A stretch of 64,000 nucleotides of DNA. Origin: an uncultured Gemmatimonadales bacterium (GTDB lineage: Bacteria; Gemmatimonadota; Gemmatimonadetes; Gemmatimonadales; GWC2-71-9). Of the stretch, positions 1-9,214 are shown one piece after another. Below the pieces are notes generated by a model, which was given only the letters and a program-made list of their open reading frames with translations, had not been told where the DNA came from and did no database searches. The position numbers were made by a program, and so were the translations under genes. Numbering within the stretch: position 1 is the stretch's first letter; each line of letters begins with the position of its first letter. The stretch covers positions 64,001 to 128,000 of the forward strand of contig CAWCFX010000003.1 in NCBI GenBank assembly GCA_963795085.1. Reading direction: 5' to 3'.

Positions 1-52
1 GCGGCAGGGCGGCGGCCACGAGGACCAGAATGAGACGGCGTATGGAGTTCAT
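1..52 (-). CDS. 5' end of a secreted protein running off the window (partial)
   Basis: ATG at 52 gives MNSIRRLILVLVAAALP..., a signal-peptide-like start; promoter-like TTGACC-N17-TAACCT just upstream. Confidence 0.6.
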   Translation of the reverse strand, partial: MNSIRRLILVLVAAALP

Positions 53-62
53 GATGGTGCGA

Positions 63-91
63 AGGTTAGTGGCCGGGGAGAAGTGGGTCAA
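63..91 (-). promoter_or_regulatory. sigma70-type promoter for the leftward gene
   Basis: Minus strand TTGACC (91-86), 17-nt spacer, TAACCT (68-63), 10 nt before ATG 52. Confidence 0.55.
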
Positions 92-105
92 CCCGCCGTC
101 GTTGC

Positions 106-134
106 TTGACTTCGGCCCTCTCGACTTCTACAAT
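106..134 (+). promoter_or_regulatory. sigma70-type promoter for the roadblock gene, back-to-back with the leftward promoter
   Basis: TTGACT (106-111), 17-nt spacer, TACAAT (129-134): near consensus in a GC-rich background. Confidence 0.65.
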
Positions 135-196
135 CAGCCCTGACGCGATGCGGCACCGGGTTGCGTCATCCCGCCACCTTCCGCCCCGGGGTTCCT

Positions 197-550
197 ATGC
201 CAGGTTTGCGCGACGTAGTCCAGCATCTGGCCAGCCGGGATGGCGTGGATGCCGTCCTGGTCGTGAGCGCGGATGGACTGCCGATCGACCACGCCGCCCG
301 GTCCGGGGTAGATGCCGACAGCCTGGCTGCGATGCTCCCCGCGCTGACCCAGACGGCCGGCCAGGTGGGCAGCGCCGCCCAGGGCGGCGACCTCTCGGGC
401 GCGGTGCTGGAGTTTGGGAACCGGATGCTCATTCTCTCCGCCCTGAACGACGGCAACCACCTGCTGGTGCTCACCGCCCCGGAGACGAACATCGGCTCCC
501 TGCTGTACGACCTCCGGCAACACCGGCCGGCGATCGCGGAACTGCTCTAA
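197..550 (+). CDS. Roadblock/LC7 (MglB/MglC-like) domain protein
   Basis: GVDAVLVVSADGLPI...DSLAAM...AVLEFGNRMLIL...LLVLTAPETNIGSL matches the roadblock pattern; ATG at 197. Confidence 0.85.
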   Translation: MPGLRDVVQHLASRDGVDAVLVVSADGLPIDHAARSGVDADSLAAMLPALTQTAGQVGSAAQGGDLSGAVLEFGNRMLILSALNDGNHLLVLTAPETNIGSLLYDLRQHRPAIAELL

Positions 551-558
551 GGGGGCAA

Positions 559-678
559 GGGACAGTGGGACAGTGGGTCAGTGGGACAGTGGGTCAGAGG
601 GACAGTGGGTCAGTGGGTCAGTGGGTCAGTGGGTCAGTGGGTCAGTGGGACGGTGAGTCAGTGGGTCAGTGGGTTAGT
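559..678 (+). repeat. Intergenic 8-bp tandem repeat, 15 copies of GGG(T/A)CAGT
   Basis: Read directly: 15 consecutive octamers, a few with single substitutions, no spacers. Confidence 0.95.
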
Positions 679-776
679 CGGTCGCGCACCTGCCTTGAGA
701 TTCTTCTAAGTAAGCCAAAGGGACCTGCCTTGGATTCCCCCTTCCGACCAGTACGCCTGCTGCCCAGCCGCCGCTC

Positions 777-1805
777 ATGAGATGGGCCGTCATTCTGGCC
801 GGCGGCTCGGGGAGCCGCTTCTGGCCCTTGAGCACTCCCAGCCGGCCCAAGCAGGTCCTTCCCCTGAGTGGCGACAAGTCCACGGCCGAAGAGGCGTTGG
901 CCCGGCTGGAGGGCCTGATTCCCCGCGAGCGCATCCTGCTGGTGACCGGCGCGGCGCTGGCCGCACCGCTGCGCCAGCTGCTGGATCTCCCGCCCGAAAA
1001 CATCCTGGTCGAGCCCCGGGCCGCTTCCACCGGCCCCGCCCTGGTCTGGGCTACGTGGGAAGCGCACCGGCGGGATCCCGACGCAGAAGTCCTGTCCCTC
1101 CATGCCGATTGGGCGGTCCGGGACGCCGAAGCCTTTCGCCGTGCGGCCGACCTGGCGCTGCGAACCGCCCGGACTCACCGGGCCCTGGTCACCGTGGGCA
1201 TCGTGCCTTCCCGGCCTGAGACCGGATACGGCTACATCGTCCCCGGCCCCACCCTGGATGACCACGCCCGCACCGTTGCCCGCTTCAGCGAAAAGCCCGA
1301 TGCGGCCACCGCGCTGACCCTGCTGGCGGAGGGGGCGCTCTGGAACAGCGGGCTCTTTGCGTGGACCGCCAGCACCCTTCTCGAGGAAACCCGGGCGCAC
1401 ACGCCCGAGGTGGCCCCGCACCTGCCGGCCCTGGCAGACGGCGACGTGGAGAAGTTCTTCCGGGACGTCACTCCCACCTCGATCGATGTCGGCCTGCTGG
1501 AACGCAGCAATGCGGTCGCCGTGGTACCCGGGATCTTTCCATGGGACGATGTCGGCACCTGGGACGCGCTGGCCCGGACCAACCACCGGGACGCCCGCGG
1601 CAACGTGGTGCGAGGCCCGGTCTACATCCAGGACAGCCATGACTGCATCTGCTGGTCGGATGGTGAGCCGATCGTGGTGAGCGGTGCGCAGGAACTGGTC
1701 ATCGTCCACGCCAATGGCCGGACCCTGGTGATGCACCGCACCCGGGCCGCCGATCTCAAGCAGGTACTGGACTCCCTCCCCGCCGACGTGCGGGAGCTGC
1801 TGTAA
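777..1805 (+). CDS. manC: Mannose-1-phosphate guanylyltransferase (no PMI domain)
   Basis: ILAGGSGSRFWPLS..PKQ, EP..STGPA, PETGYGYI, FSEKPD, WNSGLF, SIDVG, WDDVGTW motifs. Confidence 0.9.
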   Translation: MRWAVILAGGSGSRFWPLSTPSRPKQVLPLSGDKSTAEEALARLEGLIPRERILLVTGAALAAPLRQLLDLPPENILVEPRAASTGPALVWATWEAHRRDPDAEVLSLHADWAVRDAEAFRRAADLALRTARTHRALVTVGIVPSRPETGYGYIVPGPTLDDHARTVARFSEKPDAATALTLLAEGALWNSGLFAWTASTLLEETRAHTPEVAPHLPALADGDVEKFFRDVTPTSIDVGLLERSNAVAVVPGIFPWDDVGTWDALARTNHRDARGNVVRGPVYIQDSHDCICWSDGEPIVVSGAQELVIVHANGRTLVMHRTRAADLKQVLDSLPADVRELL

Positions 1806-1811
1806 CCGCTC

Positions 1812-2981
1812 GTGTCCCTCTATCTCCTTGAGCCGTCCCACCCCGGCCCCGCCTGGGAGCCGTTTGCCGGTGTCCGTCCCCTCGCTGAACTCCGGGCCGG
1901 GACGTGGCGCATCCGGGAGCGGTGGGAAGCCGCGCTCCGCATGGATACCGTGTCCCTCATCGGCGGGCTGGCGGAACAATTCTCAGAGCTGGATGAACCG
2001 CCCAGCCGGCCTCTCGGCCCGATCGAAGGCCCCGCGGTCGTCGCGGCGAGCACCTTCGCGCCGAGCGGGGTCGCGGCCGAGATCGAGCCGGGTATCCGGC
2101 GGCTGGAATCGGCCGGGGAAACGGTCGCCTGGATCGTGGCCCGCGGCGAGACCTGGTCCGCGCCCCATCGCGAAGGCGCGGCCGGCGGGCTGGAAGGCCT
2201 GCACTTGCGGGGGGCCTTCGATTTGGTGACCGCGCTGGAGCGGTTCCTCGCCGCCGATTGCGCCGATTTCCTGGCCGCCACGGACGGGGACCCGCTCCCC
2301 GCCGGCAGCATTGTGCTCGGCGATCCGGCCCAGGTCGTACTGCGGGGTGCCCAGATCGAACCCGGCGTGGTGTTCGATACCCGGGGCGGCGTCATCGTGC
2401 TGGAAAAGGGCGTCGAGGTGCGGCACGGCACCCGGCTCGAGGGTCCGCTCTACGCGGGGCCTCACACCCGGCTCCTCGGCGGGTTCATCCGCGCCTCGGT
2501 CTTCGGGCCCTGGTGCGTGGCCCGCGGCGAGATCGCCGCCAGCGTCTTCACCGGCTACGCCAACAAGGCGCACGACGGGTTCGTCGGCCACAGCGTCCTG
2601 GGCCACTGGGTCAACCTGGGCGCGGGAACCACGACCTCGAATCTCAAGAACACCTACGGCGAAATCCGGCTCTCCGCCCCGGGCGGCACGATCGACACGG
2701 GCCGCACCAACCTGGGCAGCCTGGTCGGCGACCACGCCAAGACGGCGATCGGCACCCTGCTGCCCACCGGGACCATCGTCGGCGCCGGCGCCAGCGTCTT
2801 CGGCGCACCCAACGCGTCGAAATACATTCCGCCCTTCGCGTGGGGGTCGGGGGGCTCTGCCCCGGTGGACGAGGAAGGATTTCTCCGAATCGCCGCGCGG
2901 GTGTTGCCCCGGCGACAGGTCGACTTCACGGAGGCCCGCCGGGAATCCCTCCGCCGCACCTATCGCCGCCTCCGTCCATGA
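1812..2981 (+). CDS. GlmU-related sugar nucleotidyltransferase / hexapeptide-repeat acetyltransferase
   Basis: RPLAELRAG N-terminus, NKAHDGFVGHSVLGHWVNLGAGTTTSNLKNTY and GDHAKTAIGT left-handed beta-helix. Confidence 0.8.
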   Translation: MSLYLLEPSHPGPAWEPFAGVRPLAELRAGTWRIRERWEAALRMDTVSLIGGLAEQFSELDEPPSRPLGPIEGPAVVAASTFAPSGVAAEIEPGIRRLESAGETVAWIVARGETWSAPHREGAAGGLEGLHLRGAFDLVTALERFLAADCADFLAATDGDPLPAGSIVLGDPAQVVLRGAQIEPGVVFDTRGGVIVLEKGVEVRHGTRLEGPLYAGPHTRLLGGFIRASVFGPWCVARGEIAASVFTGYANKAHDGFVGHSVLGHWVNLGAGTTTSNLKNTYGEIRLSAPGGTIDTGRTNLGSLVGDHAKTAIGTLLPTGTIVGAGASVFGAPNASKYIPPFAWGSGGSAPVDEEGFLRIAARVLPRRQVDFTEARRESLRRTYRRLRP

Positions 2982-3781
2982 TGCCGGTGCTCTACGTCCT
3001 GGGGTCGGGATCCCGCGGCAACTGCTTCGCGATCGCGGTGGACGGCGCGGTGCTGCTGATCGACGCGGGGTTCAGCTGCCGGGAGATCGAGCGCCGGGCC
3101 CAGCTGGTCGGGCTCGATTTGGACCGGGTGGCCGGACTGGTGCTCACCCATGAGCATGGCGACCATACCGGCGGCGCGGCGCGCCTCCTGCGGAAACGCG
3201 GAGTACCGGTGCTGACGTCCGGCGGGACCTGGCGATCCATCCAGGGCCGGTTGCCCGGCGATACCCGGCACCAGCCCATCGGTATGGGCGGCACCGTTGA
3301 GATCGGACCTTTCCGGATTGACGCCTGCCCCACCAGCCACGATGCCGCCGAACCGGTCGCGGTGGCGGTCCGGGCTGGCGGGTCCACCATCGGATTCGCC
3401 TACGACCTCGGCCGGCCCACCACGGCGGTGCGCTACCTGCTGCGCAACTGCACCGCGCTCATCCTGGAAGCCAACCACGACGAGGTCAGCCTCCGGACCA
3501 GCGGCTATCCGCCCGTGGTGCAGCAGCGCATCGCAGGGTCCGCGGGTCACCTGTCCAACCGGGCCGCCGCCGAACTGATCGGGACGCTGGTGCACCCCGG
3601 GCTCACCATGCTGGTCCTGGCGCACTTGAGCGAGAGCTGTAATACGGTGGAGTCGGCGCGGCGGGCGGTGCAGCCGGTCCTCCGCAAAGCGCGCTGGGAA
3701 GGGGCGCTGCACGTCGCGGAACAGGACCTGCCGGTGGAGTTGCCCATCCGGGGCCCGGTGGTGTTGAGCTTCGAATTTTAG
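2978..3781 (+). CDS. MBL-fold metallo-hydrolase (YycJ/WalJ-like)
   Basis: LGSGSRGN, LIDAG, THEHGDH, SHDAAEP, LEANHD, GHLSN, LAHLS; ATGA overlap with upstream stop. Confidence 0.88.
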   Translation: MMPVLYVLGSGSRGNCFAIAVDGAVLLIDAGFSCREIERRAQLVGLDLDRVAGLVLTHEHGDHTGGAARLLRKRGVPVLTSGGTWRSIQGRLPGDTRHQPIGMGGTVEIGPFRIDACPTSHDAAEPVAVAVRAGGSTIGFAYDLGRPTTAVRYLLRNCTALILEANHDEVSLRTSGYPPVVQQRIAGSAGHLSNRAAAELIGTLVHPGLTMLVLAHLSESCNTVESARRAVQPVLRKARWEGALHVAEQDLPVELPIRGPVVLSFEF

Positions 3782-3787
3782 GCTCGA

Positions 3788-3804
3788 CCTCCGTGGTGCG
3801 GAGG
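3788..3804. terminator. Possible hairpin between convergent genes
   Basis: CCTCCG-tggtg-CGGAGG inverted repeat in the 31-bp gap; no strong U tract. Confidence 0.3.
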
Positions 3805-3812
3805 CCCCTCCT

Positions 3813-5336
3813 TTATTCCCCTTCCCTCGATAACTCGGCATAGAACGGAACGACCAGCAGGGGCCGGCCACCATCTGATAAAGTGGCGGAGAGGTATCCT
3901 GTCGCGCGACCCCCCGATCGATGCATGTCCAGGCGGAGGGTGGCCCGGCGCCCGCCCAGGACCGCTTCGGGCAGCGACCCGTGCACCGGAGTGCTCAGCA
4001 CCCCGTCCGTAGCCTCCGCCCCGGTAACCCGCTCCAGCGCCGCAGTACCGACGGTCGCCATCGCGACCTGACCTTCGAGGGTCCACCGCAGGGTGACTGG
4101 CCCGGAGAGGGTGCGCACGGTCCCCAGCCAGGAACCCGCCCAGGCCGTATCACCCGATAGGGGACGGCCGACAAACTCGGGTGGCGGCTCGCCGGCGCTG
4201 GAGCCCTGCGGAAACCCTGCCGCTGCCAGGAGCAGGTCCGCCAGTCCCATGGTGAATCCGTTGTCGGCGCTTCCGTTAGTCAGCACGGCCACCGCGATCC
4301 CCTCCTGCGGCAGCACCTTCAGGGATGCCGCGTGGCCGTAGGCCGCACCATCCGCGACCATGATCGTCCGGCCCGCCGAATCCGATAACCGCCACCACCC
4401 GTGAGTGTAGTAGGAAAACCCGCCGGGATTGATGACGGCCTCCCGGCTGGCGGCGGTGAAGAAGGCGTGAGTTGGATCGAAGAACACCGCCCGGGCCAGG
4501 ATTCCCAGGTCGTGGGCGCTGGTCAGCATCCCCGCTCCCCCGACCGGCTCCAGGCGATCGAGGTCCAGTCGGCGGAACGGCGCGCGCCCGTACGTCTGGA
4601 CGACGCGGCCGGCCGGCAGGGAATTGCTCCGGCCCGCGGAGCTGGTCATGCGGAGCGGTTCGAAAACCTCCCGCGCCATGGCCTCCCCGAATGACATCCC
4701 CGAAACCCGGGCCAGCACGTCGCCGGCGAGACCCAGCGAGAGATTGGAATAGTGGAACCTGGTCCCCGGCGCGAAGGCGGCCACCCGCGCCGCGACGTCC
4801 AGCGCGGCATCCTGGTCGGGAAGATCCTTCCAGTGGAAATGAACGAGGTGCGGAACTCCTCCCCACATCCGAAGCAGGGCCCGGGTGGTCAGGCGGTCGG
4901 GATCGCCATCCGGCACGCGGACCCAATCCTCACCCATGTACGCCCGGACCGGGCGATCCAGGTCGAGCCGCATATCCTGCGCGGCCCGCAGCACTCCGAT
5001 GGCCGTCAGCGATTTCGAGACCGAGGCCACCGGGTAGGACGAAACCGGGGTCGCGGGGACGTTGCGCTCGAGGTCCGCATGCCCGAAGGCCGCTTCCCAG
5101 GTGATCCCATCGGGTCCGGTGACGGACACCGCAATGCTGGGAACGACCCTGGACTCGACCAGCCGTCGCAAGCTGTCCGCCGCCGTCGCGAACCGGGCGG
5201 GGGGATGCTGAGCCCCGTGGGCGGGGACCGCGCTGAGCATCCACGGGACGGACGCGAACAGGCAACCTACCGCGTGAAAGACGAATCGCAGGTGCCGAAG
5301 GGAGGGCCGGACGGCAGGCAGGATGGGCAATGACAT
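3813..5336 (-). CDS. Serine hydrolase, beta-lactamase class C / AmpC-like family, probably exported
   Basis: SxxK (ASVSKS), YSN, LEPVGGAGMLTSAHDL; start uncertain (ATG 5336 chosen). Confidence 0.8.
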   Translation of the reverse strand: MSLPILPAVRPSLRHLRFVFHAVGCLFASVPWMLSAVPAHGAQHPPARFATAADSLRRLVESRVVPSIAVSVTGPDGITWEAAFGHADLERNVPATPVSSYPVASVSKSLTAIGVLRAAQDMRLDLDRPVRAYMGEDWVRVPDGDPDRLTTRALLRMWGGVPHLVHFHWKDLPDQDAALDVAARVAAFAPGTRFHYSNLSLGLAGDVLARVSGMSFGEAMAREVFEPLRMTSSAGRSNSLPAGRVVQTYGRAPFRRLDLDRLEPVGGAGMLTSAHDLGILARAVFFDPTHAFFTAASREAVINPGGFSYYTHGWWRLSDSAGRTIMVADGAAYGHAASLKVLPQEGIAVAVLTNGSADNGFTMGLADLLLAAAGFPQGSSAGEPPPEFVGRPLSGDTAWAGSWLGTVRTLSGPVTLRWTLEGQVAMATVGTAALERVTGAEATDGVLSTPVHGSLPEAVLGGRRATLRLDMHRSGGRATGYLSATLSDGGRPLLVVPFYAELSREGE

Positions 5337-5388
5337 GCTGAAGTAGACGCCGCCGCGGGAGGAAGGGAACACAGCGCCGGGCAGCAGG

Positions 5389-7227
5389 CTACCGCAGGCC
5401 CAGCCGCCGCCGCGCCAGCCACTCGACCCCGAACCCCGCGACACAGAGGCCAAAGAGCCAGATCCAGCCGCGGGCTCGCGATGGCACCGGGCCGGCGAGA
5501 AAGGGCGCATCGGTCCGCGCCGCGAGGGTCACCGCGCGGGGCAACCATTCCTCCGAATATTTTTCTACCGCCACCAGCCCGCTCCCTCCTCCTTCCAGCC
5601 GGTAGCGGTAGGCGCCTGGGGGAAGCCATGCCGCGGCCTGCCCCGCCCCATCGAACTCCAGGGTATCGCGGCGGGCGCCCGCGGAATCGGTCCAGACAAT
5701 CTCGAGCGGAACCGGCTGGCCATCGGCCAACCACTGGAAAATCACCGGCCGCTGATTGGCCACGACGGGCCGCACGGGGCGGGCCTTCCCGGTGACGGAG
5801 TCCACACCGCCCAGGAGCCAGCTGGTCGTCGCCGCCACCCATGTACGGTAGCCCTGCTCGCTGCTGCCCCCGCGGAAGGCCCACCGCCACAACCCGTCTG
5901 CCGCGACCGTGATCTCCCGCCGGCCCCCGCTCGAGCGGCCCACCATGACCGGCCGGTCGGCCCCGCGGCGCCCGTTCTGGGCGGTCAGCGCCACCCACCC
6001 ATCGGCCTCCGGCTGGATCGGCAGCACCTGGACGGCGGGGGGGAAGGAGTCCACGGGGAGGCCGGTGAAGGCGCCGGCAATCGGCGAGAGACTCCCCGGC
6101 GTGATATACCAGTCTCCCGGCAGCGCGGTCGCGCCCGCGCCGCGGCCTTCGGAAGGCCAGTGCCAGATTCCCCGTGCCCGGGTTCCCGCGGCCAGCGAAG
6201 GATCGCCGGTGACTACCAGGAGGTCGGCGCCGCGAGCCGCCCGCCTGACCTCGTCCCCGGCGACCGGGGCCAGGTTCGCATAGGACCGCCATCGGTCGGC
6301 CTCCACCCGCACGTATCCGCGGACCGGCAGCTGGGCTACATCCAGGAGTGTCCGGTAGAGTGTGCGGCTGTCCCAGTCCGCCGACCCGGCGAGCAACACC
6401 ACGCCCGGCGTCGGGGTCACCGCGACGATCACCCGGCGCGCGTCATCCCTTGGCTCGGCATCGGCAATGCCGGTGAGCCGGATATCCAGCAGGTTCTCCC
6501 CCGCAGCGAGGCCGGCGGAGCCCAGCACGACGGGCACCAGCACGCCGCCGGACACTGGCGTGATGCCCAGGCGCGCGAGGACGCGCCCCCCCGCCGCTAC
6601 CTCCAACCCCGCCGCACCGGGCAGGCCGGCCCCGAACCCGGTGACCGTGACCACCAGCGGGATCGAGTCCCCGGCGGTGACCCTGGCCGGATGCTCCACG
6701 CCGGTGATCGCGACGTCCGAGCCGGCCCGCCGGGGAAAGAGGCGAACCCGGGCCCGCCCGCCCAGGTCGGGGGGAAGGTCGGCACCATCCTCCAGCTCTC
6801 CATCGGTGACCACGATGACCGGGCGATCCGACGCGGCGGCCGCCCGGAGCGCCGGGGCCAGCCGGGAGCGGCCCCGTACCGGCGTGGTGTCGGGCTGGTC
6901 CACCCGTTCATCGCCGAAAAGTCGGACCGATCCCCAGGCCAGCGACGAATCCCGCGCCTCCAGCCATCGCCCGCTGTCGGCGGCCATACTGAGCGAGGCA
7001 TCCAGCAGCACGAGCGGGCGTCCCGGTGAGCGGCGGGCCGCGCAGCTCAGGTCCAGCAGCAGCAGCCCCAGGCCGGCCCACGCCAGCCAGCGGCCGGCCA
7101 GCGGAATCCAGTGCCGGCGCAGCGCCGTGAGACCCCGCCGCCCCTGGGCGGGCTCCAGCCAACCGTAGGTGAGGGAACTGACCAGGAGAGCCAGGAGGGC
7201 GACGGCGAGAACGAGCATGGACGGCAC
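5389..7227 (-). CDS. Membrane-anchored hypothetical protein with vWA-like N-terminal region
   Basis: Two N-terminal TM segments, LLDASLSM and VVTDG (MIDAS-like), LWRW, C-terminal TM ending EWLARRRLGLR. Confidence 0.7.
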   Translation of the reverse strand: MPSMLVLAVALLALLVSSLTYGWLEPAQGRRGLTALRRHWIPLAGRWLAWAGLGLLLLDLSCAARRSPGRPLVLLDASLSMAADSGRWLEARDSSLAWGSVRLFGDERVDQPDTTPVRGRSRLAPALRAAAASDRPVIVVTDGELEDGADLPPDLGGRARVRLFPRRAGSDVAITGVEHPARVTAGDSIPLVVTVTGFGAGLPGAAGLEVAAGGRVLARLGITPVSGGVLVPVVLGSAGLAAGENLLDIRLTGIADAEPRDDARRVIVAVTPTPGVVLLAGSADWDSRTLYRTLLDVAQLPVRGYVRVEADRWRSYANLAPVAGDEVRRAARGADLLVVTGDPSLAAGTRARGIWHWPSEGRGAGATALPGDWYITPGSLSPIAGAFTGLPVDSFPPAVQVLPIQPEADGWVALTAQNGRRGADRPVMVGRSSGGRREITVAADGLWRWAFRGGSSEQGYRTWVAATTSWLLGGVDSVTGKARPVRPVVANQRPVIFQWLADGQPVPLEIVWTDSAGARRDTLEFDGAGQAAAWLPPGAYRYRLEGGGSGLVAVEKYSEEWLPRAVTLAARTDAPFLAGPVPSRARGWIWLFGLCVAGFGVEWLARRRLGLR

Positions 7228-7241
7228 GCGATCGGAAAAAG

Positions 7242-7961
7242 TCAGCCACCGGCCGCCTGGAGTGCGGCCTGCAACGTAAACGTCTGCTCGTACAGCGCCC
7301 GCCCGACGATGACTCCCGCGATCCCGGCCCGGTCCAGGGCCCGCAGGTCATCCAGCTTCCCGATTCCTCCGCTGGTTATCACCCCGGCGCCAAGCTGCTG
7401 CAGCTCGATCGAGCCCGGAATATCAGGGCCATGGAGCATGCCATCCCGGCTGATATCCGTGTACATGATGGTCCGGATGCCCCGTTCTACCATGCGCCGG
7501 GCCACGTCCTCCGCCCGGAGGGTGCTGGTCTCCTGCCAGCCCCGGAGGGCCACCAACCCGTGCCGGGCGTCAATCGCGGTGGCCACCCGGGCCGCGCCGG
7601 CCTCGGCCAGGACGGTGGAGACGAAGTCGGGGTCAGTCACGGCCGTGGTGCCGAGCACGATCCGGGCGACCTCCAGGGAGAGCACCTCGCGCACCCGTTC
7701 CAGGGTGCGCAGCCCTCCGCCCAGCTGTATCTGTACGTACGAGCCAACCCGCTGAACGATTCGGTCGATAATGGCCGAGTTTTCCCCGTCGCCGAATGCC
7801 CGGTCGAGGTCCACGATGTGGAGCCAGCGGGCGCCCTGCATGACGAAGCGCTGCGCCATGGTGACGGGATCCTGCTCGTACACGGTGGCGCGGTCGGGGT
7901 CGCCCTGGCTCAGTCGAACGACGCGGCCAGAGCGGATGTCGATAGCGGGATAGAGTTCCAA
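7242..7961 (-). CDS. hisA: ProFAR isomerase (phosphoribosylformimino-5-aminoimidazole carboxamide ribotide isomerase)
   Basis: YPAIDI..GRVVRLSQG, LHIVDLD, QLGGGLR, YTDISRDGMLHGPD, SGGIG, GRALYE. Confidence 0.92.
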   Translation of the reverse strand: MELYPAIDIRSGRVVRLSQGDPDRATVYEQDPVTMAQRFVMQGARWLHIVDLDRAFGDGENSAIIDRIVQRVGSYVQIQLGGGLRTLERVREVLSLEVARIVLGTTAVTDPDFVSTVLAEAGAARVATAIDARHGLVALRGWQETSTLRAEDVARRMVERGIRTIMYTDISRDGMLHGPDIPGSIELQQLGAGVITSGGIGKLDDLRALDRAGIAGVIVGRALYEQTFTLQAALQAAGG

Positions 7962-7969
7962 CCGGGAAA

Positions 7970-9214
7970 CTAGGGGAGCTCGATGGCGATGATATCGCCC
8001 TCGCGGTAGAGCTGGCTGGCCAGGGTATCACGGGCCCGCTCGAAGGCCCCGCGCTCCGCGGCGGGGACGGGTTCGCCGTTCGCGAGGTCGATCCGGCGGG
8101 AGTCCTTGGCGACGCCGTTCACCCGGAACTCGTAGTGAAGGTGGGGGCCGGTCGCGAGACCGGTGCTCCCGACGTAGCCGATCACCTGCCCCTGGGATAC
8201 CCGGGTGCCGGACCGGATCCCCGAGGCAAAGCCGCGGAGATGGCCGTAGCGGGTGGTGATGCCGTTCGCGTGGGTCAGCTCGACCAGGTTGCCGTATCCC
8301 CCGGCCCGGCCGGCGCGGAGAATGGTCCCGTTTCCGGCCGCCATCACCGGAGTTCCAGGAGTGGCGGAATAGTCGGTGCCCTGGTGCGAGCGGTAGCGGT
8401 TCAGCACCGGGTGGAAGCGGGAACGGGAAAAACTGGAAGAGATCCGCCGGAACTGCAACGGCGCCCGGAGGAAGGCCCGTTTGAGGGAATTGCCCTCCTC
8501 GTCATAGAAGCTTTCCTGGCCCTTCTGGCCCCGGAAACGGAAGGCCGGGAGCGACTTGCCGGCGATGCGGAGATCCGCCGCCAGGATCTGCCCGAACCGC
8601 ACCTCGCCCTCTTCCGAGACCATGCGCTCGATCAAAACCTGGTACGCATCACCGCTGCGGATGTCGCGGGTGAAATCCACCTGCCACATGTAGGTGTCGG
8701 CCAGGTCCCAGGCCAGCCGAACCCGTTCCGCCCCGTTGAGCAGCGAGTCGTTCACCTGCTGGTCGAGGGCGACATAGAGCGACTGGTTGATGTCGCCCTC
8801 GAGCCGGAGGGTTTGGGCCCGCCATGCGATGGGCCGGGAGACCGCGTTCCACTCGGCGCCGTTCCAGTCCATGGCGATCCGGCTCTCGGGCCCGCTCCGG
8901 AAGACGATCTGGGACGGCGTCGAGTCGGCCCCTTCCCGGCGAAACGCGAACACCAGCCCCGGCCGGAGCCGGCGCGGGTCGACCCTGCCCTCGGCGACCA
9001 GAGCGGAGACGGCAAGCCCGCTGACCTGGTTGCGGGCGAAGAGGTCGGAGAGGGTTTCCCCGTGCCGCAGCGTATCACTCGACTCCGTGAAGGCGCGGGT
9101 GACGACGATCGGGGTGGCGACGTGCAGCCGCTGCCAGGGCCACTCGTTCCGGAGGGCAAAGGTCGCGGCGAAACCGAGCACCGCGACGGGCAACAGGGTC
9201 CGGAGGATTCGCAT
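7970..9214 (-). CDS. M23 family peptidoglycan DD-endopeptidase (MepM/Csd3-like)
   Basis: RFHPVL, HQGTDY, YGHL, TGPHLHYE zinc motifs; start overlaps ftsZ stop. Confidence 0.9.
   Translation of the reverse strand: MRILRTLLPVAVLGFAATFALRNEWPWQRLHVATPIVVTRAFTESSDTLRHGETLSDLFARNQVSGLAVSALVAEGRVDPRRLRPGLVFAFRREGADSTPSQIVFRSGPESRIAMDWNGAEWNAVSRPIAWRAQTLRLEGDINQSLYVALDQQVNDSLLNGAERVRLAWDLADTYMWQVDFTRDIRSGDAYQVLIERMVSEEGEVRFGQILAADLRIAGKSLPAFRFRGQKGQESFYDEEGNSLKRAFLRAPLQFRRISSSFSRSRFHPVLNRYRSHQGTDYSATPGTPVMAAGNGTILRAGRAGGYGNLVELTHANGITTRYGHLRGFASGIRSGTRVSQGQVIGYVGSTGLATGPHLHYEFRVNGVAKDSRRIDLANGEPVPAAERGAFERARDTLASQLYREGDIIAIELP

Noticed and set aside
559..678. CRISPR array (also considered for 49110-49249 and 55461-55536)
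   Set aside because: Units are 7-8 bp, contiguous, with no unique spacers, and there are no cas genes
2978..3781. Metallo-beta-lactamase resistance or defence nuclease
   Set aside because: Motifs match the housekeeping YycJ/WalJ-like family; no signal peptide or defence context
3813..5336. Bona fide beta-lactam resistance gene
   Set aside because: SxxK and YxN are present but the third (KTG/HxG) motif is not recognisable; a generic serine hydrolase call is all the sequence supports
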